The translations under genes were made by a program, and so were the position numbers. A stretch of DNA of 64,000 bases, taken from contig CAWJCY010000006.1 in assembly GCA_963841565.1 (NCBI GenBank), positions 64,001 through 128,000 of the forward strand, read 5' to 3'. The DNA is from an uncultured Nitrososphaerales archaeon. Lineage in GTDB: Archaea > Thermoproteota > Nitrososphaeria > Nitrososphaerales > Nitrososphaeraceae. The notes under the pieces are model-generated. The model was not told where the DNA came from. It saw nothing but the letters and a program-made list of their open reading frames with translations, and did no database searches. Positions 43,055 to 52,944 of this stretch are shown here, in pieces; the stretch's first letter is position 1; the number at the start of each line of letters is the position of its first letter.

Positions 43055-44752
43055 CTACAGGGATTTCCTTTTGGCTATAACATTTTGTTCGAGTGTTGGA
43101 AGTACCTTAGAAATGCTGTCAAGGTACATTTGAACATGCGGTTCAGCAATCCACATTTTTTTCTTCTCGTCCTCGAAAAGGTATCCATATCTCTGAGAGC
43201 TTCCTACCCTCTCCCGAGATTTAAGCAAGTCCAAGTACTTAGTAGAGATGGTTGATTCGTCAAAACCGTGTTTTCGTGCTATCAAGTCAATCACTTGATG
43301 AATCCCTGATCCGTGTTGAGCTGCTTCCTTGGTACGATAAGCGATATCCCTTGAAATGCCCAATTCTTGCGCGAGCTTTCTGTGTACGTGTTTGCCAAAT
43401 GCATCTGACACACCTTTAACATTCAAACGTAGATCTATTTTCATACTAAGCCTAATCAATCTCAAGTCAAGAAAAGGCTCCCGCATTTCAATACTGTGAG
43501 CCATGGTAATCTTATCCTCTCGCTCCAGTGTCTCTTTATACAAAAGTTGTATATCCTCATTCATGTAATGACGCAAACCAGCATACCCTCCTCCATCTTT
43601 TACTATTTTTCCGTACCATGAATACCCTCCAAATAGCTCATCTGCTGCCTGCCCAGAAAACATCACTTTGATGCCATCTTCATGAGCTAATTTTACTGCA
43701 GCGTATACAGGGATAGCAACTTCGACCTGGCCTGCATTTGTATGTTCAATTGTATTAATCACTTCAGGGATCATTTCTTCTACTTCATTGTAGGTTAATT
43801 CATTGACTCTTAATTTCAAATTCAGCTTTTTTGCAATCTTTCTGGCAAATGCTATATCACTTGATCCTTCCACCCCACCAGTATAGCATATAACTTCACG
43901 AACCATCTTCTTGGCAAGCCAAGCAATGATTACACTATCAATTCCTCCTGAGAAAATTATGCCTATTCGATCAAAATCTTGAGTACGCTTTCTCATAGAT
44001 GAAACTAAAGCCCTTTTGTATGCTTTAATTGCAGAGTTCAGCGTCTTGTACCGGATCTTTTGATTACTTACAGGATTCCTCGTAACCTTGAGCTGCTCAC
44101 CAAATGAACCATCGGGCATAATAATTAAAGCAGATCCTGGATGAATTCTGAGAGTTGGTTCCTTTAACCCAATCTTCCACAGCGCTTTTCTTTCAGAAGC
44201 AAATGCCACTAATTGCGAGTTCTGGCCATAGTAGAGCTGTCTAACACCCATAACATCTCTAACCAAAACAATCTCACCAGTTTCTTCATCTCTTATCACA
44301 ATAGCATATACTCCATCCAATTCAGAGACCGTCTTTTTTATGGCACCTTGAAGATCCCTAGTCTTAGCATAATTATCCTCAAAAATATGTGCAATTACCT
44401 CGCTATCAGTTTGAGAAACAAATCTGTGTGAACTTTCAAGTTTGCTCCTTAGCTTCTTGTAATTGTAGATTTCACCATTATGCTCTACAATAAACCTACC
44501 ATCACAACTTCTAAAAGGCTGTTGTCCACACGTTCCTCCTACAATCGCTAGTCTAACATGTCCCAATGCAGAACAGCTGTCTGACATAGGATGTTTTCTA
44601 AGGTCACTAACAGAATCGGTTTGGACTATTTCCTCCGCCCCGGCAATCGCGGCCCCATCTGGACCTCTACATGCAATACATGAAAGCATAGATTCCACTA
44701 AAGGCACTACATTTTCTCCGGTCTTGCTCAAAATACCAACTATTCCACACAT
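43055..44752 (-). CDS. asnB: Asparagine synthase (glutamine-hydrolysing)
   Basis: MCGIVG, RGPD, HNGEIYN, SGGIDS, GQAADELFGGY. Confidence 0.93.
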   Translation of the reverse strand: MCGIVGILSKTGENVVPLVESMLSCIACRGPDGAAIAGAEEIVQTDSVSDLRKHPMSDSCSALGHVRLAIVGGTCGQQPFRSCDGRFIVEHNGEIYNYKKLRSKLESSHRFVSQTDSEVIAHIFEDNYAKTRDLQGAIKKTVSELDGVYAIVIRDEETGEIVLVRDVMGVRQLYYGQNSQLVAFASERKALWKIGLKEPTLRIHPGSALIIMPDGSFGEQLKVTRNPVSNQKIRYKTLNSAIKAYKRALVSSMRKRTQDFDRIGIIFSGGIDSVIIAWLAKKMVREVICYTGGVEGSSDIAFARKIAKKLNLKLRVNELTYNEVEEMIPEVINTIEHTNAGQVEVAIPVYAAVKLAHEDGIKVMFSGQAADELFGGYSWYGKIVKDGGGYAGLRHYMNEDIQLLYKETLEREDKITMAHSIEMREPFLDLRLIRLSMKIDLRLNVKGVSDAFGKHVHRKLAQELGISRDIAYRTKEAAQHGSGIHQVIDLIARKHGFDESTISTKYLDLLKSRERVGSSQRYGYLFEDEKKKMWIAEPHVQMYLDSISKVLPTLEQNVIAKRKSL

Positions 44753-44926
44753 ACTATTATCACTAAATCGACGAGGACCGACTCAGTTCCAAAACATAAA
44801 GCCAGGAGCTAATTCAGTTCCAGTCATAATAGATTACTCTCAATCCCTTAAAAGCGTTTTTGTTGGCTCAAAAACAAAAGGCCGATTATATCAATACGGG
44901 GACTATATGGATATTATTATCTATTG

Positions 44927-45268
44927 TCAGACCTTGTGTTTACCCTTACTGATTGCAAGGTCTATAGCCTTACGGAGCTCCGCATCATTCTTATTTGTAA
45001 AATCAATTCCCAATGTGTCGGCGATAGACTCGAGCTTCTCTCTACCAATGGATGATTCATCAGTAACATCCTTCGTATTCACCTGGTTCAACTCCTTCTT
45101 GGCCTGAATTTTGGCTTTCTCATATTCAGAAGAAGCCCTTCCCACAGATCGTGCGATCTCTGGGATCTTCTTTACCCCAAAGAACAAAACAACCACAATA
45201 ACTATAATAAAGACCCATTCTAATCCGCCAACTCCAAATGCTTGCATCAATTGGCTTGAAGCGATCAT
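44927..45268 (-). CDS. tatA: Twin-arginine translocase TatA
   Basis: GGLEW..TM..FGVKKIPEIARSVGRA. Confidence 0.93.
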   Translation of the reverse strand: MIASSQLMQAFGVGGLEWVFIIVIVVVLFFGVKKIPEIARSVGRASSEYEKAKIQAKKELNQVNTKDVTDESSIGREKLESIADTLGIDFTNKNDAELRKAIDLAISKGKHKV

Positions 45269-45334
45269 CGGCCCAAGTAATATTCCGATTCTTCTGCATT
45301 TAAGTGTTAATTCTGACTGACGTAATTGGTACCA

Positions 45335-46306
45335 TTAGAATCTTGTACTATGAGCTTCTGCACCTGAATTGGCAAGACGATTATTTTCACTTTTAGATCT
45401 CTTGACTACCATTAAGCCAGCCAAGTAAAGAAGAATCATAGGAGCCACTACGAGCCACATACTGATTCCACCTCCATCTGGGGTAATAATTGCGCCAAAT
45501 ATTACGAAGATAATTATTGCGTACCTAAAGTTCTTTTTCCAAAAGGGCGCATCGACAACTCCAGTCAAGGAGAGTGCATACATGATAGCTGGGAGCTCGA
45601 AAGCAAGTCCGAACGCCACTAATAGCTGAAGCACAAAAGGGAAAAACTCGTTTATATTAAAGAAGGTGGCAACACCGATAGATTCGCCATAGGCGTAGAG
45701 AAAATTCAGGATAAACGGAATGACAAGGACATATGAGAAAATAACCCCAATAACAAAGAGAAGAATTGTCGGAACAAAAGTCTTGACCGTTAGGACGTTC
45801 TTGGTCGATTTACCGAAGGCTGGTGAAATAAACGCATACATTTCTCTAATTATTAGAGGCATTGTAATCAAAATACTCAACATGACGGCAATAAACACTT
45901 GAGAGAAAAATGCTTGTCCCGGTGCAGTTTGAATTAATGAAACTTCAGGAGGAAGAAGCGTCTTTTCCATGAATGTCGTTAGCTGTATAGCAACATTATC
46001 AAACGGATTATAGTAGGGATAGTAAATGGTGATATCAATTGAATCTCTTCCGCCCTGATTACCGCCGCTGTTAGGTGATTCACTTGAAGTAATCATTCCA
46101 GAGCTTGGATCAAACGACAAATGAATAGTGGTCAGCCCGAAACTGAGGCAGAATGCTGTTATGACAAGCATGGCCACTACTACACGTATTAGTCGGAGAC
46201 GTAATTCGTCAAGGTGCTCGCCAATAGTCATTTCCACCGGCAAATCTATTGAATATAGGTTTATTCCACGACTTACTAATATAATTGTGCTAAAATTAAA
46301 TATCAC
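45335..46306 (-). CDS. tatC: Twin-arginine translocase TatC
   Basis: EHLDELRLRL, FISPA, FELP, ITPD; true start probably slightly downstream. Confidence 0.93.
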   Translation of the reverse strand: MIFNFSTIILVSRGINLYSIDLPVEMTIGEHLDELRLRLIRVVVAMLVITAFCLSFGLTTIHLSFDPSSGMITSSESPNSGGNQGGRDSIDITIYYPYYNPFDNVAIQLTTFMEKTLLPPEVSLIQTAPGQAFFSQVFIAVMLSILITMPLIIREMYAFISPAFGKSTKNVLTVKTFVPTILLFVIGVIFSYVLVIPFILNFLYAYGESIGVATFFNINEFFPFVLQLLVAFGLAFELPAIMYALSLTGVVDAPFWKKNFRYAIIIFVIFGAIITPDGGGISMWLVVAPMILLYLAGLMVVKRSKSENNRLANSGAEAHSTRF

Positions 46307-46425
46307 AATTGAACTTTTATTTCCTAAAGTAAGAAAATGGCTAAGCGTTCAATTTTTATATCGCTGTTATAGATTTGGCATAGTGTTTAAATAGTTTCAG
46401 CATGAAACGACATTTAGTGATATAG

Positions 46426-46719
46426 ATGCCAGTCGCAATAATTCCAGATGTTAGCGAACAACACTGTATAGGATGTGCTCTTTGCGTAGAAATATGTACA
46501 GCGCTAGGTCCTGATGTCTTAAGAGTAAAACCAGTTGAAGGGTGGAAGAGAGGAAAAGCATTCGTCTTTTATCCTGAAAGATGTATCTCTGATGGGGCCT
46601 GCATAGGCGTTTGTCCAACAAAGGCAATCTTCTGGATGAGACCAATGGAATATACTCCAGGTCAACCAATTCCACTCAAGAAGAATGCGTTATTCACAAA
46701 GGGCTGGGAAGAAGGTTAG
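46426..46719 (+). CDS. Dicluster 4Fe-4S ferredoxin
   Basis: CIGCALCVEIC and CISDGACIGVCP; TTTAAATA upstream. Confidence 0.93.
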   Translation: MPVAIIPDVSEQHCIGCALCVEICTALGPDVLRVKPVEGWKRGKAFVFYPERCISDGACIGVCPTKAIFWMRPMEYTPGQPIPLKKNALFTKGWEEG

Positions 46720-46737
46720 AGTCGTAATTGGCCTAAA

Positions 46738-46760
46738 TTTTTTTTTCTAATTTTATATTT
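46738..46760 (+). terminator. Oligo-T archaeal terminator after ferredoxin
   Basis: Run of about nine T plus T-rich tail ~20 nt after the stop. Confidence 0.5.
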
Positions 46761-46869
46761 GAGCTATAGACGAGAGTAGGGGGGTACGTATAGTTTTTGG
46801 CCTCTCGGAATATGTCATGTTTGGACCTTATTCCCATGATAAATGTTCTAAGCGTGTGATTGGTTAAGG

Positions 46870-47337
46870 ATGTTAGAGAGGATAAAGTATCATCTTATGT
46901 GGATTTGGGGCCAAGAAGAAGGATTCATGAAGCGAGGCAAGGAGGGGATGCTTGTAATAACGAATACGCGCATCACATTCATAACAAAGACGAAAATGAA
47001 GTACAGCGTACATGAAGAATACTCGCTGAGGCAGCTAAGGCGATTTAAAGACGGTGAATCTGTCTTACTGCCGATAGAACGATATAGCGAGATAGACCTT
47101 CAGAACGATTTGGCCGAAAGCGATAAAAACATAGATATTCCCTTCAACAGATTAATCAAAATCGGGCAAGAAAAGAAAAGATGGGGAACTATACTCAAGT
47201 TAAAGTTTGTTGAAAACGAAGATACGAAGGGCTATAAGTTCATGGTCGTGAAAGGATGGGTAAAGTATCCTCTTAAAGACCCTGTTTCGTTCCAGCAATT
47301 GGATTGGGACCCGATTATAGGGCTAATGAAGAAATAG
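46870..47337 (+). CDS. Hypothetical protein, possible PH-like fold
   Basis: GMLVITNTRITF...IDIPFNRL pattern. Confidence 0.65.
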   Translation: MLERIKYHLMWIWGQEEGFMKRGKEGMLVITNTRITFITKTKMKYSVHEEYSLRQLRRFKDGESVLLPIERYSEIDLQNDLAESDKNIDIPFNRLIKIGQEKKRWGTILKLKFVENEDTKGYKFMVVKGWVKYPLKDPVSFQQLDWDPIIGLMKK

Positions 47338-47609
47338 GCAAGCCTCCGATTTAGGTCAAGTAGTCTAGCGGAATGCTCGTATGACAGCAGCAGGCTCATG
47401 AACAATAGCAATAGCTACCAATGCCCAGCATGATTTTCTGCCTGGGAAACATGTATCAATTGCATGGCTAAGGCTTTCCAGCTATCAAGTTATCTTGATA
47501 ATCAGATAACAATTCGTATCTGAGAGTTGAATATGAAATTTGAAAAATTGGTATCATAGTATTTTTACCGTAGTCAGAAATTAAATAAAGCTCTGGAAAG
47601 TCATAATGT

Positions 47610-47918
47610 ATGGCTAGAGTTCTCGTCGGCAAAAGATCAGACATTCAAGAAGGTGAGTTTACCAATGTTACAGTCGGAGGTAGACAAATCCTAGTGGCAA
47701 ATGTTAAGGGAAGCTATTTTGCGACTGGTAATATTTGCACGCATGAAGGCGCAGAATTGCATGAAGGCGAATTACATAATAAGGAACTCACCTGTCCATG
47801 GCATGGAGCTAAATGGGATCTTACAACTGGGCAATTGATTTGGTTCCGTGAATCTCTGGAATCAATTGAATCCTATACAGTTATAGTCGAAGATGACACG
47901 CTCTTTGTAGAGATATAG
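47610..47918 (+). CDS. Rieske 2Fe-2S ferredoxin
   Basis: CTHEG and CPWHG. Confidence 0.92.
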   Translation: MARVLVGKRSDIQEGEFTNVTVGGRQILVANVKGSYFATGNICTHEGAELHEGELHNKELTCPWHGAKWDLTTGQLIWFRESLESIESYTVIVEDDTLFVEI

Positions 47919-48210
47919 AAATAGGAAAATCGAGAAGAGAATGGACTGGTTCTGGCTCTGAAATCCAACTATTTGAAGATTGTAATTTTCCTTGTTCTCC
48001 CATGCGACATGGAAATTTCGAAACTTTTGAGATCTTTATGTCGTTTCGATTTCTCGATATTGGGGTCTTGTAAAAGATTTTTAATCTATGGAAGGTATGT
48101 CTGAGATAACATAGATTGATCCACCCGATGGGGATCATCTACGTTTGAAAGAAAAGATAATTAGAGTTTAATCACAATTATATTGTCTTATATAGGCTAG
48201 ATAAAATACC

Positions 48211-48285
48211 GCGGAGTTAGCCCAGACTGGTTAAGGTACGAGCTTCCCAAGCTCGGGATCGCGGGTTCAAATCCCGCACTTCGCA
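48211..48285 (+). tRNA. tRNA-Gly(CCC), intronless
   Basis: GCGGAGT/ACTTCGC acceptor, CGAGC TT CCC AA GCTCG, GCGGG TTCAAAT CCCGC; TTATATA upstream. Confidence 0.95.
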
Positions 48286-48521
48286 TGTATGGATTTTATT
48301 GTGACTGTGCTGATTGACCGGTGCTCGCCACTACTAGATCTTCGTTAGAATATCTCGTAGACCTAAATGATGAAAAAAGCTTCCGAGCCTCGGAAAAGAC
48401 GACATATTATTGTTCCTACATTTCAAGGTCCATCCTGCAAGTGAGTTTGTTTATGAAAATCAGACTATTAGAATCGCGATCATAAATCACCAAAAGTGAA
48501 AAGGAATGTCGATCAATAATT

Positions 48522-49427
48522 CTATTTAGGTTCCAAGCGACTCTTTAGATCCTTGAACCGATTCCTAATTGTAACCTCTGTCACACCGGCAGCTTCTGCT
48601 ATATCCATTTGAGTGATGGTTTCTCCTACATTTTTCGACGACAAATATAACACAGAGCCAGCTAATCCCATTGGATCCTTTCCTGCCGAGATTCCGTGCT
48701 TTGTAACATTCTGCATGATACTCATAGCTTCACGTTTTGTTCGTTCACTCAGCCTCGTCTTATTGGCCACTTTTACAATGCATTTTATAGGGTCGACCAT
48801 AGGGACCTTCAAATCCAATTCTAGTATGAGCAATCGGGTGGTTCTTGCCAGCTCTTTCCTTTTAATATTTGTGAGATCGGAGATATCACTAAGGGTTCTT
48901 GAAATACCCATTTCCCTACAGGCTATATATGCTGCTGCAGAAAGTACCGATGGTATGGTTCTACCTCGAACCAAACCCCTTTCTTGGGCCTTTCTGTAAA
49001 TATATGCTGTTTTCTCGATAGCTGCCTCAGACAGCCCAAGCTTATCCCTAATCCGTTCCAAAATACTGAAAGCATGTCGAAGATTCCTATCTGCAGGGGA
49101 ATATGCCTGTGTTCTGAAATCCCAAGCTCGTAATCTATCCATAGTAGATCTGACTACGGCATCTAGCCCTTTCCCACTCGCATCTTTATCAGATCGACCT
49201 ATTACAGTAGCTAGTCCCATATCATGTCTGGCCAGGGACGTTGGCATTCCAGTTCTGCTCCTATGGTTAGCTTCTTCCACACTAAAGGCCCTCCATTCTG
49301 CTCTATTTTCCTCGACATTTTCTAAAATGACGGTACCACAATTACCACAAATTATTTCGCCAGAATCAGGATCTGCAATGTTTTGATTGCTTCGATTGCA
49401 AACAGGGCACTTGATTGAACTTTTCAT
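48522..49427 (-). CDS. tfb: Transcription initiation factor IIB
   Basis: Zn ribbon CPVC..CGNCG, EWRAF, two cyclin repeats, GVTEVTIRNR. Confidence 0.96.
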   Translation of the reverse strand: MKSSIKCPVCNRSNQNIADPDSGEIICGNCGTVILENVEENRAEWRAFSVEEANHRSRTGMPTSLARHDMGLATVIGRSDKDASGKGLDAVVRSTMDRLRAWDFRTQAYSPADRNLRHAFSILERIRDKLGLSEAAIEKTAYIYRKAQERGLVRGRTIPSVLSAAAYIACREMGISRTLSDISDLTNIKRKELARTTRLLILELDLKVPMVDPIKCIVKVANKTRLSERTKREAMSIMQNVTKHGISAGKDPMGLAGSVLYLSSKNVGETITQMDIAEAAGVTEVTIRNRFKDLKSRLEPK

Positions 49428-49561
49428 TATCTTATATAAAAACAGTTATAATGATCCGTATTCAAATATTTAAACCTAACCGTATGTGTTCGAACCTAAG
49501 AAAAATTTAAGCTTGGCCAGATTTTGCTCAAAATAATTTCAAATACCCCAGACTACGTACC

Positions 49562-50221
49562 TTGGATAATATGTTAGGTGGCAGGGATGTTAGAAAGATA
49601 CTAGTGGCCTACTTGAATGAAAGGCATAAAAAGTTAAGAAAAATTATCAACGACCCGACCAGAATTTATGCGTCTGAAGCGTCCCAGTGTACAAGACTTT
49701 CATATTATGAGAGAGTTGACCCAATTAATTCAAATTCAGCAGAACTATTCCAGATTCTGTTGACGCATGGATTTAGACATTCATTCGAAAATATAGAATC
49801 TGAGTATAAGACAGATAATCTGACCCTCGGACTTACAGCAGATATCATTCTAGAAAAGGAGCTTGTAGTAAGGTTGCAAATAACAGATTCCTTGCCAGAC
49901 TCTCCTAAGCCTCAAGATTTGCTCTATCTCAATGCCTGTCTTTATGCTTTTGACAAACCAGAGGGAATTTTGATCTATGTGCGAGGAGATGGGAAATCAT
50001 CAGAATTTTTAGTAGCAAAGAGTGCGAAAATGTTTGAGGAATTAATAAGAAGAGCAAGGGTCCTTAGTACGCTGCTTAAAGAGAAAAGAGTGCCTATCGT
50101 TGAACCGTCTGAATCTTGCATGACTTGCAAGTATTATGGGAGATGTTACATGATGGAAAGAAAGGAAACCAGCTTCTCAATAGAAAGTCTGTTTGGGAAG
50201 TCTAAAGATGAATCTGCTTAA
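49562..50221 (+). CDS. Solo Cas4-like Fe-S protein with degenerate nuclease motifs
   Basis: IYASEASQCTRLSYY at N-terminus, CMTCKYYGRC at C-terminus. Confidence 0.75.
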   Translation: MDNMLGGRDVRKILVAYLNERHKKLRKIINDPTRIYASEASQCTRLSYYERVDPINSNSAELFQILLTHGFRHSFENIESEYKTDNLTLGLTADIILEKELVVRLQITDSLPDSPKPQDLLYLNACLYAFDKPEGILIYVRGDGKSSEFLVAKSAKMFEELIRRARVLSTLLKEKRVPIVEPSESCMTCKYYGRCYMMERKETSFSIESLFGKSKDESA

Positions 50222-50806
50222 TCAAGGGAAACTTAAAGTGAAAGGTCGATCTCCTCCACTAGCTTGAAGTGTAGACGTCTGGCTAAATGAGTATGTGCCG
50301 TTCACTTGGTATGACTCTATCTGGTTCATACTCAACCGATTCCAGATCTCTGAATTTTGGCTATTCCGAGCAAGTTGATCAGTATCTTTCAGAGTCACAT
50401 TCCCAGAAGCTATTACTGGAAAGACGTTATCTTGAGACTCAAGAAAACCCTCCAACCTTTCACCGATTTCGCCTGATGCAATTTCGCTGTTGTTAACTAG
50501 CACTTTGTATTGAATTGACTCAAGGATAATAGTCCCCCTATTGGGATTATGAGCGTCAAAAGTAATCTGCAAATTGGAATGTGAACTATCTATTGGTTCA
50601 ACCGTAACATTCTTGATTGATATGACAATAGGATTGTATGTTCGATCTGTAGATTGTGTTTCAGTGTTTGAAGGACTTTGGAGAGTCGACGCAGGGGCTT
50701 GTGTTTCAGCATTCTCGTTGTTAGAAGCAACCCCCCAATAAGTAACTCCAGTAATTACAGCTATTGCGATGGCTGAAGAGATGTAAATGATCTTCCTCTT
50801 ATTCAT
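50222..50806 (-). CDS. Membrane-anchored LEA type 2 (WHy)-like protein
   Basis: N-terminal TM, HNPN..ILESIQYKVLVN..IASG. Confidence 0.7.
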   Translation of the reverse strand: MNKRKIIYISSAIAIAVITGVTYWGVASNNENAETQAPASTLQSPSNTETQSTDRTYNPIVISIKNVTVEPIDSSHSNLQITFDAHNPNRGTIILESIQYKVLVNNSEIASGEIGERLEGFLESQDNVFPVIASGNVTLKDTDQLARNSQNSEIWNRLSMNQIESYQVNGTYSFSQTSTLQASGGDRPFTLSFP

Positions 50807-51060
50807 CTGATGAGATCACTTCTATGTTCTTATATGAATTCCTTTTCAATCTTGAATCAGAGCGAAAGTGAAAAGAAATTTAGAAAACGAATGCGTCGAT
50901 CTAAACATCAGTGGACATCGCAGTCCATCGGAAAAGTATGTCGTTGTCGCAGATAAGATGATTCAAGATTATACATCAACTACGCATGGTTTGTGAGAAT
51001 CAAGCACTCTAAATAGATTCCAACAACACTAAAATACTAAAAGATATAGAAGAAATCTAA

Positions 51061-51315
51061 ATGCCTACGGCTTACATTTTGGTAAATTGCACATTAGGTT
51101 CGGAAGAGCGAATTATTGGTGAAATCTCTAATTTGCCCGATGTGAAAGAAGTAAGAGGAACATATGGTGTTCATGATGTTTTCGTTAAAGTGAAATCAGA
51201 CAACACAGAGGCGATGAATCACACTATAACTAACAAGATTAGAAAAATCCCGGGAATAACTTCCACCGTAACACTAGTAGTCATAGAAGAGCAAGGCGGC
51301 AAGGAAAATCATTAG
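51061..51315 (+). CDS. Stand-alone Lrp/AsnC ligand-binding (RAM) domain protein
   Basis: AYILVN..VKEVRGTYGVHDVFVKV..IRKIPGITSTVTL. Confidence 0.9.
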   Translation: MPTAYILVNCTLGSEERIIGEISNLPDVKEVRGTYGVHDVFVKVKSDNTEAMNHTITNKIRKIPGITSTVTLVVIEEQGGKENH

Positions 51316-51528
51316 TTACTCATTTTGAGGTAGCTCCTTACCTCGGTCCTCTTTCTTAATCTTCTTGATCATGTAGATGATCAAAGAGGTGCTTATTGGC
51401 ATTATAATCCAGCCAGTTATCCCTACGATGAGATAAACTTCGTATGTTGGTATGAATAAAGAGATACCTGCAAGAGCCGCACCTACCCACCAAGCGATGA
51501 TTAAAATCTGTAGGTTTGATTTTGCCAT
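51316..51528 (-). CDS. Small two-TM membrane protein
   Basis: Two hydrophobic helices, basic tail. Confidence 0.65.
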   Translation of the reverse strand: MAKSNLQILIIAWWVGAALAGISLFIPTYEVYLIVGITGWIIMPISTSLIIYMIKKIKKEDRGKELPQNE

Positions 51529-51539
51529 AAATCAATTAC

Positions 51540-51722
51540 CTAGCCACGCAGATCTTCGTCAAACCCCTTCAGATATCTCAAAATTTTACCGCATTTTGAA
51601 CACTGATCGTATTCCCGAAAGTCAAAGTCATTATACTTCCGAAATGAGAATGATTCAACGTGATTACAGAAGAGTCTTCTTATCAGCTGATGAAGCATCA
51701 GATACTCTATTAAATCGGGCAT
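51540..51722 (-). CDS. Small putative zinc-binding protein
   Basis: LFCNH...CSKCGK. Confidence 0.6.
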   Translation of the reverse strand: MPDLIEYLMLHQLIRRLFCNHVESFSFRKYNDFDFREYDQCSKCGKILRYLKGFDEDLRG

Positions 51723-51766
51723 TTTTTACCATTTCGATTTGGTATGGGAATATTCTCAACCGAAAA

Positions 51767-51860
51767 TGCCGTCGGTGAGATTTGAGCTCACGACAGGTCG
51801 GTCTTCAGCTTCACCCCACACTAATTGGTCGAGTGCTCTCCCGGGCTGAGCTACGACGGC
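51767..51860 (-). tRNA. tRNA-Phe(GAA) with 20-nt non-canonical intron at 30/31 (51810..51829)
   Basis: GCCGTCG/CGACGGC acceptor; CTCG [ACCAATTAGTGTGGGGTGAA] G CT GAA GA CCGA; BHB helix CACT/GGTG. Confidence 0.9.
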
Positions 51861-52190
51861 ATGTTACACTGTTCGTGGATGGATCATATATATTCCTATC
51901 ATATTCTCCGCAAAGCTCAAATTAGATGGTCGACCTGCCTTCGCAAATGACTTTCAATCATATGCGTGAGTCTGCGTGCCTTTTGTTACAAGAAAGGTAT
52001 TGTTACGGTTTATGCAGATAGTTAAAAACCGACCTGATAGCATGTATTTTACTGGTTTTGACAGCTTAGTTCAGCGTGAAAAGCCCCACTCACGTTATGG
52101 TTAGATTGCTTACAACAGAAGCAAATCATTGCACAAGATTTCAACCTTACAAAGTAGTTAAGAAAAGTTTATGAAGAATAACAGTAGGAG

Positions 52191-52749
52191 ATGAATAATC
52201 CAGTTAGGAGATCTCGTTTGAAGATATCGGTTCTAAGAATAGGACATAGATTTGTCCGAGATGATCGGGTAACTACTCACGTTGCTCTGGTGGCTAGAGC
52301 ATTGGGTTGTGATCGAATTTTCATGAATGAAGTGGATAAATCGATTAGATCAATGATGGACGAGATTATAGAGAGATGGGGAGGACAGTACTTTAACATA
52401 GAAATAATCGAGAGTTGGGAATCGACAATAAAGCATTGGAAGAATGAAGGCGGAAAGGTCGCTCATCTGACCATGTACGGTCTAAATATAGACGAAGTCA
52501 TCGATGATTTACGTAACTGTGATAAGTTGCTTGTGGTGGTGGGTGCTTCTAAGGTTCCTAAGGAGCTGTACCAGGTTTCCGATTACAACGTTGCAATAGG
52601 AAACCAGCCTCATTCTGAAATAGCACTTTAGCAATATGCTTGGACAGAATTTTCAATGGAAAGGAGTAACAAAGCAATTTGATGATGCAAAATTAAAAAT
52701 TGTTCCTTCTCCGAATGAAAAAAAGATATTGAACAATTCTCGAGACTAG
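52191..52749 (+). CDS. trm56: tRNA (cytidine56-2'-O)-methyltransferase aTrm56; two single-base deletions near the 3' end (probable errors)
   Basis: RIGHRFVRDDRVTTHVAL, HLTMYG, GNQPHSE; restoring bases at 52625/6 and 52666/7 gives EIAALAICLDRIFNGKELTKQFDDAKLKIVPS. Confidence 0.9.
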
Positions 52750-52944
52750 TATAGTCTTTAAATTAATAGCTGAATGAAGACCTTATTCCAATTCAAGGAA
52801 GGTTTTTGTCAAGCGTACTTGAATGCATATGTCGAGAAATCAACTCACTAACGTTTGGTAGTATATAAAAAGATGGAAGATCGGAATCCCTTTGTCTTTT
52901 GCGGTTGACAAATAATATAACCCTCTCTCGAAAGAGGAGTATCA

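Noticed and set aside
49562-50221. CRISPR-Cas locus around the Cas4-like gene
   Set aside because: No repeat-spacer array and no other cas genes seen in the window
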